Position numbers and translations under genes: made by a program. The notes beneath the pieces are model-generated. The model had not been told where the DNA came from and ran no database searches. It worked only from the letters and a program-made list of their open reading frames with translations. A stretch of DNA of 64,000 nt from Paraspadella gotoi (lineage: Eukaryota > Animalia > Chaetognatha): assembly GCA_051294375.1 (NCBI GenBank), contig CM119268.1, positions 5,442,077-5,506,076 on the forward strand, read 5' to 3'. The number at the start of each line of letters is the position of its first letter. The first letter of the stretch is position 1. Of this stretch, positions 27,012 to 39,880 are shown piece after piece.

Positions 27012-29843
27012 TCAATTTTAAAGACTGAAACATAAAAGATTTAATGATTCGACGTTTGTTTTTCAAACTCCCGCTTGTCAGATTTAATCTATACAAAATG
27101 TGAACAAGAGACGCTATCTGATTCTTCAGTGACATTTTTCACGAGATTCGTGATAAAGATTATCACGCTCCATGTCAAGATCGCCCACGTAATTTTTCAC
27201 ATCTCACGTTAAGCACAATGAAGTTTTGAAGTTTTTTTTGGTTTCTTGTCGTGATTCGCTGTGTTAATTGACAACCATTGTGCAGAAGTGGAAATAAACT
27301 GGGAAGGACGAATTAAATTTGAAAAACGTTTAAGTTCATCAACCGAAAGAAAGACGTCGAATTAAAAAAAATGACAGAGAAAAACTAAACTATAAAAAGC
27401 GGTTCATAAATAACACTTACAATATATAAGAACGAACGAAATAACGCAAAGGACAAAATGCAATAATAGGAATTCGAAAAATTAGAAATAAGTAAAGTAA
27501 CAACTACTGCAACAAAAAACAATACCGTTATTACAACTAAAACGACAAAAATAACAACTACAACAACAACAAGAACAACAACAACAAGTACAACCACAAC
27601 AACAACCTGGAGACTGCGAATCCGCGACGCAAAAAATCATGAGTCTTTTGTTTTGGTGACGAAATTTTTTTACTCATCGATTTGTTCGACGTGTCGTTGT
27701 TGTTGTCTTCTGTGATCCAACTCACTTTTTTCTCGCGTCAGAATCACAGATGAAAAAAATACATTCTTTGATATTTGTGATCCGCCGTCGGTGGACATAA
27801 TCGATAGTTCACAATTTGTTTTAAACGCATTTTTTACTCAAAGTTTTTATTTTTTCGTATTTTTTCAACCATGTTTCAAATCTATTTAAAGTCTTTATAA
27901 AAAATTAAAAAAGAAAATTATTTAAAAAAGTTTCCCGCTCTTTTCACTCTCACGTGATTCGTCGTCGATGGAATCCGAGATTCGTCGGTGAATCGAATCA
28001 CAACAAAGAGAAAAGACCAAGTGAAAAGTTGGAATTAACGTCGACGACGACGACGACGACGATGACGACGACGACGACGAACGACCGCCGGCCGTGAATA
28101 GGAGGAATCTAACTTCGAATCAAATTTAAGACGGACGATGCCGGACAAGAGTACGGACACGAGTACGGACACGACCAGCGAGATGCACAAATACGGACCA
28201 AAGTGAGTTCCGAGGAGAGGATCAAAGTGAGGTAAGGACCAAACTTCACGACGGAAGTGAGTATTAAGATGATAAAACGTGATATTCAACACATCTGAGT
28301 TGGAAACAAATTCGTCGATGGAATTAGAGTTATATCTGATGGAATCGAATTTGTTGCTGATGGAATTAAAGTAGTTTCTGATGGAATTTTCTCTCGTTAC
28401 TGATAGAATTAAAGTCTTGGGAGATGGAATTAAGTTCCGCTTTTTGATCCAGTTTCACTTTTCGGTTTCAACGAGACGAAGTGGTCATCGCGCCTTTCGT
28501 TGGGTCATCGATCATTCATTGGTCATTGGTCGACTGGCCATTGGTCATTGGTCCACTGGTCATTGGGTCAATCCTCTCGTGAGGCCGAGAGAATATTGCG
28601 GGTGGTTGGATTCAACGTTGCTGCTTCAATGAAGTGCTTCATTGCTGACAGTGAGAGAGTCTTGATTGAAAGATTGCAGGGTCCTGCTCTTGGAACAGTG
28701 ATGGAGCCCTTAAACCTCCAAAGCCTGTCCCAAGTAAGGATCAAGATAGTTCATTTATCAAATGAATAGATAATTTTATGTTGGTTTTATGTAAATCTGG
28801 AGATGACGTAAAAAAACAAACTTGGAGAATGACTTGCAGTAGTTGAGTTGATGAAAATATATTGGAGCTAATTAGTTGTGGCAAACGGGTTGTGGCAATC
28901 ACGCCACTCCAAGTTATGAGGAAGAGGAAATGGCCATAGAAAAATTGGGAGCCACAGAAATCCTCTCTTGGATTTTGTGGGCAGAGAAGCCAAACAGATG
29001 ACAGAAGAAGAGGAAGAGGAGAGAAAGAGAAAGACAGAGAGTGAGAGGAAGAGAGGGAGCGAATGAGTGGGAGGAAGAGGGGGAGGAAGAGAGAGAGATA
29101 GGGAGAGAGAGAGGGAGGGAAAGAGAAATAGAGAAAGGGAGAGAGAGGGAGCGAAAGAGGGAGAGACTGCTTTCAACTCTATAATTCCTTTCCTCTTTAG
29201 ATCTTCACGTTCGAAAAGAGAATCGTGAAGAGTTGGACAGTGAATGTTGACATAAACGAAACCGCTTCAATGAAGGAGACAGTAAAGTTTGAATTGGCGT
29301 AGGTTGAATCTTTGAAGTAGTACAATTAATAATGTTTTACTTAAATATTTAATTTTTTAACGGGCCGAAAGAAATATAAAAAGTCAAGAATGTCAAACGT
29401 TAAAGTTCACTGAATAAGGTTATCAAAAATGCTAGTAATAAAGAATTATCATCTTATCATTCGCATTTAATTCAATCCCCAACACGAAATTTTCGGATAT
29501 TTTCACAGAACTTTCAGTGAGAATTTTGCTGTTCACTTCGAATCGGTTAACAAATAATTCGAATCTGAGTTGCGTCACAATTTCTCTCACAGATAAATAA
29601 ATCCTCATAGCGCGTTTTCTTTTCAAAATTATTTCGGCGTCAAAATCGAAGTCACGTCTTCCAACTTTTCACTTTGAATCGCAGACTCAAAGATTTCGTC
29701 GATGTGAGGTCGATCGTTCACGTTTCACCTTCGAAAAAATCGCGCGGTTTTTTTTTTCGTGAGAATCTTTGACTTTGGGTCGAGTGAAAAACATGAAGCA
29801 GAATTTGACGAATAGAAAGATTGGATCACGTTTTCACTTTTGC

Positions 29844-29893
<50 letters not shown>

Positions 29894-30125
29894 CTCCTTG
29901 CTGCCTCACATGTCACAAGAAACGAGGGAGGGAGAGAGAAAGAGAATGGAGACCCTGACGTCATCGGTTTTAAGGGAAGAAAGGAAAATGGTTAATAACT
30001 CAATTTGAGAGTGAAAAATAATTCAGGGATAAAAGAAAAAAATGAAAGGTTATGATAAAAAAAAAGGAAATTAAGGAAAGAAAAAGCCAAAATGAACCGA
30101 GCGATGGTAATCTGAGCCCTTTAGC

Positions 30126-30189
<64 letters not shown>

Positions 30190-30479
30190 GCTCCTTGGTT
30201 CCAAATCGTGACACAGAATCAAGGAATCGAAACTAAGATAACAACGATTACAATGAGAGAGAAAATGAGAGAGAACGCATAGAGAGTGAGAGACAGACCC
30301 TAATTAACCGAAAAATCTATATTTATAAAATCTATTTTTTTCTTTCAACCGGAAATTTTGGTTTAAACGTTTTTCCTCAAACAGAAAATTAATTTCCTCT
30401 CAATTACGACACGCGACTTTGAGAATAAAGTCTGTGACGTCGGCGGTATCATATTCCAAACTTTTCCTCTAAGAAGACA

Positions 30480-30547
<68 letters not shown>

Positions 30548-30611
30548 CTCGGCCACTTTCATTTTTCGCCGGCAAAACAGAGGACCGCTCACTTCTCCCT
30601 TTCCCCGTCCC

Positions 30612-30720
30612 TCATTGGTCGGATTCCCTTGACCTAAGCGGCCTCTCATTGGCCGGTCGCCCTTTCATCTCTGACCTGGTAGCAGCTGATTGGCCGAATT
30701 GCTTCCGATGGATGACGTCA
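30612..30720 (-). promoter_or_regulatory. Cluster of three NF-Y-type CCAAT boxes plus a palindromic CRE
   Basis: GACCAATGA, GGCCAATGA and GGCCAATCA on the - strand (ATTGG at 30614, 30648, 30689); TGACGTCA at 30713-30720. Confidence 0.4.
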
Positions 30721-30738
30721 TCGTCGAAGCCGCGTTCT
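30676..30738 (-). CDS. Possible 63-nt internal exon (phase 2: RERGFDDDVIHRKQFGQSAAT; phase 1: NAASTMTSSIGSNSANQLLP)
   Basis: cctatcag| acceptor and CAG|GTCAGA donor, symmetric length, open in both phases. It overlaps CCAAT/CRE motifs, so it may instead be regulatory. Confidence 0.3.
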
Positions 30739-30965
30739 CTGATAGGTTGTTTTGGTTTTGCCTGTTATTGGGTTTTTATTTCGGTGGGGGGGGGGTAAGA
30801 AAGGGGGGGAGGTCGGGATTAGAACGTGGGTGTTTGAAAAGAAAATGGGAGGAAAGGGAGGAAAGGAGAGAAGAGAAAGGAAAGAAGTGGAGGAAAGAGG
30901 AGAAGAGAGGGAAGACGTTCAAGATAAGAGAGGCGCTTTAGAGAGCGATCCACATGGAGAGCAGA

Positions 30966-31003
<38 letters not shown>

Positions 31004-31202
31004 TAAAAGGATAAGAAAAACCGGCGACAAATGTCACTATCGACAAAAGCAACTGACAAAAGATCGACAAAAGCAACTGACAAAAGATCGACAAAAGTGT
31101 AGATATAAATTTCTTTGAAAAGTAAATTCGATTTTAGTGAAAAGAAAAAATTCTTACTTTAACCGATAGTTGTCGTCGTCGTCGTCTTCGCCGTCGCCGT
31201 CG

Positions 31203-31249
<47 letters not shown>

Positions 31250-31625
31250 GTCATTGGCTCGATTCATCGAATGTGAACTCACCCTAACTAGTAACTACAG
31301 ATTCTTTTGTATTTAAGTTATAACTATTTTATAAATTTTATTTTGACTTTAACATCCAGTGAACACACAGAATCACTCACCGCAAGTCATTCACCCAAAT
31401 CAACTCACCCTCACTCATTTCACTATACAAGCCAACTCACCTCTCTCTCTCAACACCAATTTATCACTCTCACCCACTCACATTTCACCCAGACACCCAC
31501 TCACCGCTCACCCATCACCCAATCTCATTTCACACGGAATTTCGTGAGAGAAAAAGATTATTGGATTAGTGAGATCGTAAGTGACTTTGTCACCAGAAAA
31601 AACACACTCTCTCTCTCTTTTTTTT

Positions 31626-31724
<99 letters not shown>

Positions 31725-33714
31725 CTCTTTCTTTCTTTTTCTCTCTCTCTCCTTTTTTTATTTAGAACTAAAAGAAAAAAATATTTCCTTGTAATTATAT
31801 AGTATTATTTTGGAATAAGTACGTATACAAATAAGAGATATTACCTTGCGAAAGTTATACTAGTGCAAACAATAATCTTTTTCATATAAACATCAATTAT
31901 AAAAAATTGTCTTTGATAACTTTTTTTTTGCTTCCGTCTTTTTTTCATATGAAACCGGTTAATAGTTTTTAAAGGCGCTTAATATTTTTTTTTAGCCTGA
32001 AGCTCGACCTAACCTGTCAGAGATTTTAATAATTGGAACACGCAAAGTCTAATATTTTCTTTTCTCGGATCAAAAAGAAAAGAGGGAAAAAACAATAATA
32101 ATGTCGGCCGCCGCAGCGAATAAAAAGGAAAGAGGGGGGGGGAATTTATAACCGTTTTAATCCATGTCGTGATTAGATACATATATTCAGTTTTATTTAA
32201 AAAAAAATGGCTATTTCGTTTATTGCTTGTTATCTTCTCATAAATAATTCTCGTTTCGATTTATTTCCTGCCTTTAATAATTATAATATAAAAAAAATGA
32301 GAACATTTAAATCTATGAACAGATCCATAAAATGGCCTCAGACAGACAGACTGACCGATCAACAAGTGTTGTCGCTTACCAACACGAAACACGTTTCGTC
32401 GTCGTTCGAATATAAATGTATATTTGTTTTTGCTTGCGAGGTTATTCGTGCTTGGTGCTTGGTCATGGCTCATTAAATTTTAACTAATTTAAGGCCCAAA
32501 TGCCATTAATCAGGTAAATTATCAAACGTTTAATTATTAAAAAAAGCCCCTTTTTTTTTTGCAGATTTGTCTTTGAACTAATCAACTTATTTTCCGCCCA
32601 CGATGTATTCCTCCCACTTTCCAAACTCATCAAACGGTTTCCCATCCATCCAACCAAAACCTCCTTGAAGGACAAGCAGCTGGAATGCGATCTTCAGATT
32701 TAGTTTCAAAATGACAGGAAACAAATTAACAAGAAAACAAAATAGCAATTGCGGTCATCCCGGGTTCAGCGGAATTACTTACAATAGAACCACCAAACCG
32801 ACATGATCAATGGTCATTTAACTCGATCGGTACTTGGAGTTCAAGATTCACATAAAAAACTAAAAACTTTTTCGAAATTAATGTTTAAAACATAATAATT
32901 CGTTATTATAGTAAGAGCGAAATTAAGACTATTTTAGATATAATAAAAAATAAAAGAAAAAAACGTCCAAGCAGCGTGGAACTGCAAAGCCAACCGGACG
33001 CGATCCCGAGACTTTTCGATCCATAAGCGACGATTCCCGGCCTTGAGACGAAAAGGAAGTCGGCAGAGAGTCGACGGAAGTCATGATGAAAAATGAAGAG
33101 AAGAAAAGAACGAGAGAAGAAATTTGAAGAGAGATAAATATAGAGGGAAGGCTGACCCGAGACGGTCTGGGAAGAAAAGGAATACAGAAAATTGGATAAA
33201 ATGGAAAAATAAATCGGTGGAAAATGGATAAAATGGAAAGAAATGGGATGGAAAATGGAAAGGGAATTTGGTGGGGCAAATGGATAAAATGGAAGGAAAT
33301 TGGGGGAAAATGGATAAAATGGAGGGATATTGGGATGGAAAATGGAAGGGAATTTTTTTTGGGGGGAATGGAAAATGGATAAAATGAAAATAAAAGTTAA
33401 TGAGAAAAAAAGGGAAAATGAAAAAAAAATAAGAGTAAGGGACTTAATGGAAACGAAATTGAGGGAAAATGAAAAAAAAAATTATGGAAAAAGCGTCAGG
33501 GAACTGATAGATAAAAAAATAGGAAGAGCTAAAAGACAGCTAAAGGACATCGACCTCAAATTAGGAATCATCTCAAACGATTTGTTTTTTTTTCTGGGGG
33601 GGGGGTTTGAAGAAGAGGGGGGGGGAAAGGGAAGAATTTTTTAACGACCTCGAATCAGTCATAATTGAGAAGAAGTGGAAAAAAATGATTTATGTTTACG
33701 ACAAACTATAAAAA

Positions 33715-35407
33715 TAGAATTATTTATTACGATGATGAAATATTAAAAAAAAAAGATTTTTTTTTAACTACTTAAAAAAAGATTTTGCCATGTGGATTCG
33801 GTTGTCACGAGGTAAAAGGAAGTAAATTTTTTTTAAAAATGAAAATTTAAATCTTTTCGGAGACGTGAAAATTAATTAAAGAGGTTCAGTGAAATGATAA
33901 GATTTGATTGATGGCATTTTCTATAATGTATAATATAATTATAATTTATATTTATAATTAATTAATTAATTAATAATTATAATTATATTGGTTGTACCAA
34001 TTTCATAACATATCTTTACTGAGTATTCTTTATTCAGCGACTTAGTATAAAGAGGATGTCAATTTTGAAACTTCATCGATTAAATTTTCCACTTTGCTTC
34101 TGATAAATATGAGATAATGAACAAATAGCATTTTTTCTTCTCTTTAAAATGATATTAAATTCCAGTTATTTTGAATTTTAAAATACGTCTGAGATCCATA
34201 AAATGTTTATCGAGAAAATTGAAAAAGTAGATAGACGTTAGTCATATTAATATTTGATGTATTAAAACCAAACCTGTACCAAGTTTTAAAGCATGAAAAA
34301 TTGATTATTTCTGATTACCAATTCTTTAAAATTTTTAAAATTCTTTAAACTTTATATTAATTTAGAATTTTTTCAATTAAAAAAAAAGAAAATCAGTTGA
34401 CGTTTGTTAAGAAAATCATTCCCTTATTAGTTTGAAAAGTTACAAAGTAACTAAGCATTAAAAAAATATGAAAATTATACTACTTTGTAGAGCAGACAAA
34501 ATGCTACATTTTGTATACTATAATTTTTAAATTTAACGAAGTATTATTTGATTGTGAAATCGTGAAACATAAGTTGATCGACAAATTTTAAGACTTAATA
34601 GGTGCCGAGAAGTTAATAACCAAGACGTCAAGACACGTATTAAAATTATGCAAAAATTGATATCGTCGTAAATGCAAGACGGCGGTCTACAAAATGAGTC
34701 GCAATTTAGGTCTCCACTCTCCAGGGTGAAGGGATTCTGAGATATCTCCACTGAAAATGTTCCAAACGAGAAAAAAAAACTATATCAAATAATACAAATT
34801 TAATATATATCTATAAAGTATGAGTTTATCATAGGGACAGATAGACTCTCTAATAACGAGAGTTCATAAATTCGCCTAAAATTAAGGACGATATTGCTTT
34901 GCTTTTGCACATAAGTGTACCAAGCAAATAAAACAGAAAAATATACTTTGTATTTTGAATATGATTCGGTGACAAATTTTGGATCACAGCATGAACAAGT
35001 TTTGTGCTTATCAAGAGCATCATTTACAAATCGATATTGAATTTTTATTAAATTAATAAAATCCTACATAGTTCAATACTTTTTAAAGAAAAATAACATT
35101 GCAAAAGGCCACAATGTTAAAGATTAACATATTATTTGAAATTACTGCAATATGCAAATGAGATTGAAGTAACTTTGGATACCATACTTTAATTTTCTTT
35201 CAAAATTCTGTCATATAAAGTGGATGTTAGGAGAGTGATTTGATTGTATATTCTTTTTTAGATGCGAATAAATTAAAATAGTTTTATCGATTCTTAATTC
35301 TAAATTTTAACTCCTCTCAAAAAAAATAGTCATTAACGCAATACTGTGTGTTTCAGTTTTTCATCATGGAAGTTGACTCGTGACACATTAGTAAACAATT
35401 TTTATTC

Positions 35408-35466
<59 letters not shown>

Positions 35467-36345
35467 ATACGAGAAAACAATAATCATTTATTACAATGAT
35501 GAAATTTTTTTTTTAAATATATTTCTTCTACTACTTAAAAAAAAGACTTGCCATGTGAGTGTCACGAGATGAAAGGAAATATTTTTTTTTTTGAAAACGA
35601 AAAAATTAAATATTTTTGGAGACGGGGAAATTAATTACAGACTCACAGAGGTTCAGTTAAATAATAAGATTTGATTGATGGTTTACAAAATTGGAAAAAG
35701 GAGTGACTAGCAATGTATCAATGTCTCAATTACACTTCCTGTTGGACAAATAGGATGGAAAAGGGATAAAAAGTTTATATTATATCAAACAATATACATA
35801 AAAAGAATTGATCAGAGGGACAGATGAACTTGAAAAACTCTCTAAAATTGAGAGTTTAATAAATGGGCCTATACTTTAGGCGAGATAATCGTTTAGTATT
35901 GCTTCTTTACATGTAAGGAAAGCAGAGAAATATACTTTGAACTTTGAATATGATACAGTGACAAAATTTATATCACAGCATGAATATGTTTTATGTTTAT
36001 CAAGAGCATCATTTCCAAATCAATATTAAATTTTACTAGTAGAATTAAATCCTACTTAGTGTAACTATTTTAAAAGAAAAATTACATTGTAAAAGGCAGC
36101 AATGTTAAAGATTGAACATTTTTTTAAAATTTACTGCAATATGCAAATTAGATTGGACTAACTTTGGATACAATACTTTCAATGCATAAATTTTGTATGC
36201 ATTTTATCGATTCTTAATTTGATAAATCCTAACTCCCCCCCCCTCTCAAAAAGAATCGTCATTAACGCAATTTGTGTTTCGGTTTTTCATCACGGAAGTT
36301 GACACGTGACACATTTTGACGACGAGAAATGTGAGTAAACAATTT
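33715..36345 (+). repeat. Old diverged tandem duplication (~33715-35400 / ~35485-36345)
   Basis: Colinear shared blocks with many substitutions, e.g. CTACTTAAAAAAA, AGAGGTTCAGT, ATCACAGCATGAA, ATCAAGAGCATCATTT, ACTGCAATATGCAAAT, GTCATTAACGCAAT, GGAAGTTGAC. Confidence 0.8.
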
Positions 36346-36357
36346 CGATTCGGTGCA

Positions 36358-36442
<85 letters not shown>

Positions 36443-36990
36443 CGATTGATCATTATACAATTAAGGATCTAGGGTAAGAGGTGTCGGGAGAATTTAGACG
36501 ATTTTAAGTGTGAGAGAGAAAACGAAATAAATTGAGATAATTGAAAAACTTTGAAAAGGAGAAAGGATTAACAGTTGAAAAAATTATATAAAATAGAGCG
36601 TAACTGAACAAGATATAGTTTCAAGCTTCATTAATTCATTTCTTCAGTCATTCATTTATATTCATAATAATTCTTTCATTCATTCGTCACTATTTTTTTT
36701 ATCTCCTTCGGCTTCGCTAATTCATTTAAAAAAAAACTCAAATGAATTTTTTTGGAAAATATATTTTTTTAAACGAAATTTTTATTTTTTTTTAGTTTTA
36801 AAATTTAACGACGCAACAATTGAAAATTTTTTTCTTCAAGTTTCAGAATCCGAGGTCATACGTACGAGTGGAGTGAAAGACGACGACAACGACGACGACA
36901 ACGACGAGGACGACGAAGACTCTCGTCGTTTATTGTCACGAATTGTCGAGTGAAACAGACAAACGACATTTCAATTTTTTTGTGTGATCT

Positions 36991-37028
<38 letters not shown>

Positions 37029-37557
37029 CTCGTCGTCCTCGTCGTCGTTGCCGTCGTCGTCGTCGGAATCCCCCGGAGGTCAACGAAAAAATTTTTTTTT
37101 TTTGTTCAAAATCGAAGAAATACAGGAAATAATAATTAGTATTAATTAATCCCGAGTCTAGACGAAATTAAATTCGAAAGCTCGATTTCTTAACCGCTGA
37201 GAATTTTGAGTTGTTCATTTTTAAAAAAATATATTTTATATTTTTTTAAAGACGACGCTAAATTTACCTTAAAAAACCACGCGCGTCCTTTTTTCAAAAG
37301 TTTTTTATAGATTTTTTTCCTTCTATTGAACTTTGAAAAATAAAAAGATGAATGAAAAAGTTTTTTTTCCCCTATATTCTATTCTGTGGACTGAGATTTC
37401 AGTTTCTGCATATTATCTTTTCTTGTTCACATATTTTTTGGGGGTTTAGATTATTTTTTTTTAGATTGTATTGTTCATTTTATATGTGATTTTATAAATG
37501 TTTAAATTAGACATTGTATTTTTTCCTTTCTGTTTCGTTGTGATTTGATTTAGAACA

Positions 37558-37622
37558 GAGTTTGAAGAGAGATTTAACATCACTATGAAATAAAAATCGT
37601 TGTTAAATCTCTCTTCAAACTC
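37558..37622. other. Perfect 22-bp inverted repeat with 21-nt loop
   Basis: GAGTTTGAAGAGAGATTTAACA (37558-37579) / TGTTAAATCTCTCTTCAAACTC (37601-37622). Confidence 0.85.
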
Positions 37623-37875
37623 AAACTGTTTAAATTAAAAAGGCAATCGCTCACTCGCGACAAATATTCACAAATCGAGTTCACAATTCACAATTCACCA
37701 CAAAACCTGAAAGTGACTTTATTAACTGATTCACTGACGAGAAAGACTTTTCCCCAAATCAGCGAATTCCTCCTCCTTATCTCTTCGCGGAAATTACCCC
37801 ATTATCCCCCACAATTATTTACCCCTCGAAACCCTTTCCCAACTCTCCCCCTTCCGAACTCTCCCTCTCACTCAC

Positions 37876-38175
37876 CTAAACCGCGAGTGATGGTAAGGGC
37901 TTCCATCCTCCAGCGGCGTCGGATGCAGCGGATCCAGCGCCTGCGCCGCCGCGGACGACGGCGTCGGCGAACCCGAGTACGGATGCTGCTGCTGTTGTTG
38001 CTGTTGTTGCTGCGTCGGTTGTTGCTGCTGATGATGATGATGCCCCGCCGCTGTGAGAGGCGGGTAAGGATTGTACAGCACCATCGGGATGTGGTCGGAA
38101 GATGCTCCGTGATGGAGAACAGGGTTCATCGGGATGGCCGCTTCCTCCGTGGAAAGGTCCGTCGACTGTGGGTGG
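37876..38175 (-). CDS. Coding exon 4 (HPQSTDLSTEEAAIPMNPVLHH...HHHHQQQQPTQ9HPY...PYHHSRF)
   Basis: Acceptor cccacactacag|, donor TTTAG|GTGAGT. 300 nt, phase 2 to 2. Overlaps ORF-track 37872..38129. Confidence 0.85.
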   Translation of the reverse strand, partial: PPTVDGPFHGGSGHPDEPCSPSRSIFRPHPDGAVQSLPASHSGGASSSSAATTDAATTATTAAASVLGFADAVVRGGAGAGSAASDAAGGWKPLPSLAV

Positions 38176-38533
38176 CTGTAGTGTGGGTGAAAGGTGTGGG
38201 CGTGGGTAGAGGGCGTGGGTAAGGGTAGAGTAATTTTTTTTTGGGTTGTATCGAGAGTGTTCGCTAAATCCGGTCATGATGGTAAATAGATTTTTACGTT
38301 CCGAAAACCGCACGTTATTAAATACGTAAAAAAGGCAAATCGGATCCTTAAATGATGTTGACCATCGGTAAATTTGGTCCCCATTTTGAGTCAGTTCGAG
38401 TCCCTTTATTAGATCGAATTTTCTCGTCAAAATAGAAAACCTCGTTAATTCCGATCTCGTTATATATTAAATTAATTATTTTAACGCGAAATTTTAAATC
38501 CGTTTATGTCGTTATAAATTCGGTTCCATCGTT

Positions 38534-38606
38534 TATATATTATATATTATATATTATATATATATTATATATTATATATATATTATATATTATATATTAT
38601 ATATTA
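38534..38606. repeat. (ATATATT)n heptamer microsatellite
   Basis: Direct reading. Confidence 0.85.
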
Positions 38607-38797
38607 TGAGAAAACAAATAAGGTATTGAGAAGCAGCGATGAAAATAGTTGTTTCGATAGATCGAATCACGTAAAATCGGGTTCCTTCGATTCACAGTTA
38701 AACGAGTCCAGTTGTAAACTTTAACAAATAAAAAAAAACAAAAAAAAAACGTATCTATTCGTCGCCCCGTTAGATAGAAAGATAGAAAGATAGAAAG

Positions 38798-38881
<84 letters not shown>

Positions 38882-39017
38882 AACTGTAAATACATAAATA
38901 GAACGATAGATGAAACGATGAATAGATAAATAGATAAATAGATAGCTAGATAATCAGATAAATATATATAGATAAATAGATCGGTAGATAAATAGACGGC
39001 CGGATGAATATACTCAC

Positions 39018-39182
39018 TTAATCGGCGCTCCTGCGGCGGCAGCGGCGGCGGCGACGGCAGCGGCCGCGGCGGCGCCGTGTCCGCCCGCCACGTTCATCAA
39101 GTTGTTACGGATCTTGGGGTAGAGGCCGTTGCGGCCACGAACGGCCGCGGCGGCATTGGAGGGGAGGGTGCAGTACATGTAG
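39018..39182 (-). CDS. Coding exon 3 (YMYCTLPSNAAAAVRGRNGLYPKIRNNLMNVAGGHG-polyAla-GAPIN)
   Basis: Acceptor cccacatcccctag|, donor AA|GTGAGTA. 165 nt, phase 2 to 2. GC-rich island with C-ending codons. Confidence 0.85.
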
Positions 39183-39390
39183 CTAGGGGATGTGGGAGCG
39201 AAGGAAGGAAGGGAGGGAGGGAGGAAGAGAGGGAGATGAAGAGGAAGAAAAGAAAAGAAGTAAAGTCAGAGATTAGATGGAAGGAAGTAGAGCAAAAGAG
39301 GAGGAATTAACAGTCAGGTTTTGGATTAAAAGAATGAGTAAGACAGAAGATCAATAAAGTATGGCGTCTCTCTCTCTCTGTCTCTCTTCT

Positions 39391-39434
<44 letters not shown>

Positions 39435-39698
39435 GTTTAATATAAGTTTTTTATTTCGTTATTGTTACCCTCATTTTTTTAAAATATTTTTTTTCTCCGA
39501 CTCCTTTTCTCTTTCTTTCCTCTCTTCCCTTCTCTCCCTTTTCCTTTCCTTTCTTTCCTTTCCTCCCTTTTCTTTCCTCCTTCCTCCGATTTATCCCCCG
39601 CTTCTCGTTTTCCTTATCCCAAAATTCAAAAGTGCAGCTCCGGGTCAACTCAATAAAAGCAGTTAGTCCGCCGAAACAAGCTCTATGGGAGCCTTATG

Positions 39699-39801
<103 letters not shown>

Positions 39802-39803
39802 AC

Positions 39804-39880
39804 CCTTCGTGATTGATGATATGTGCGGCGTTGGGATCCAAACCCGCTGCGCCATCTACGGTTCCGTCGCCGGAATCCAA
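39804..39880 (-). CDS. Coding exon 2 (LDSGDGTVDGAAGLDPNAAHIINHEG)
   Basis: Acceptor gttctcttgtttttcag|, donor GG|GTGAGG. 77 nt, phase 0 to 2, open frame. Confidence 0.8.

Noticed and set aside
28629-28733. Plus-strand ORF MKCFIADSERV... ending at a GTAAGG donor
   Set aside because: Isolated, with no partner exon or motif.
32514-32703. Plus-strand mini-intron (CAG|GTAAAT...TTTGCAG) and short exon of a nested gene
   Set aside because: No upstream exon or start could be linked and the peptide is unrecognisable; this is compatible with chance.
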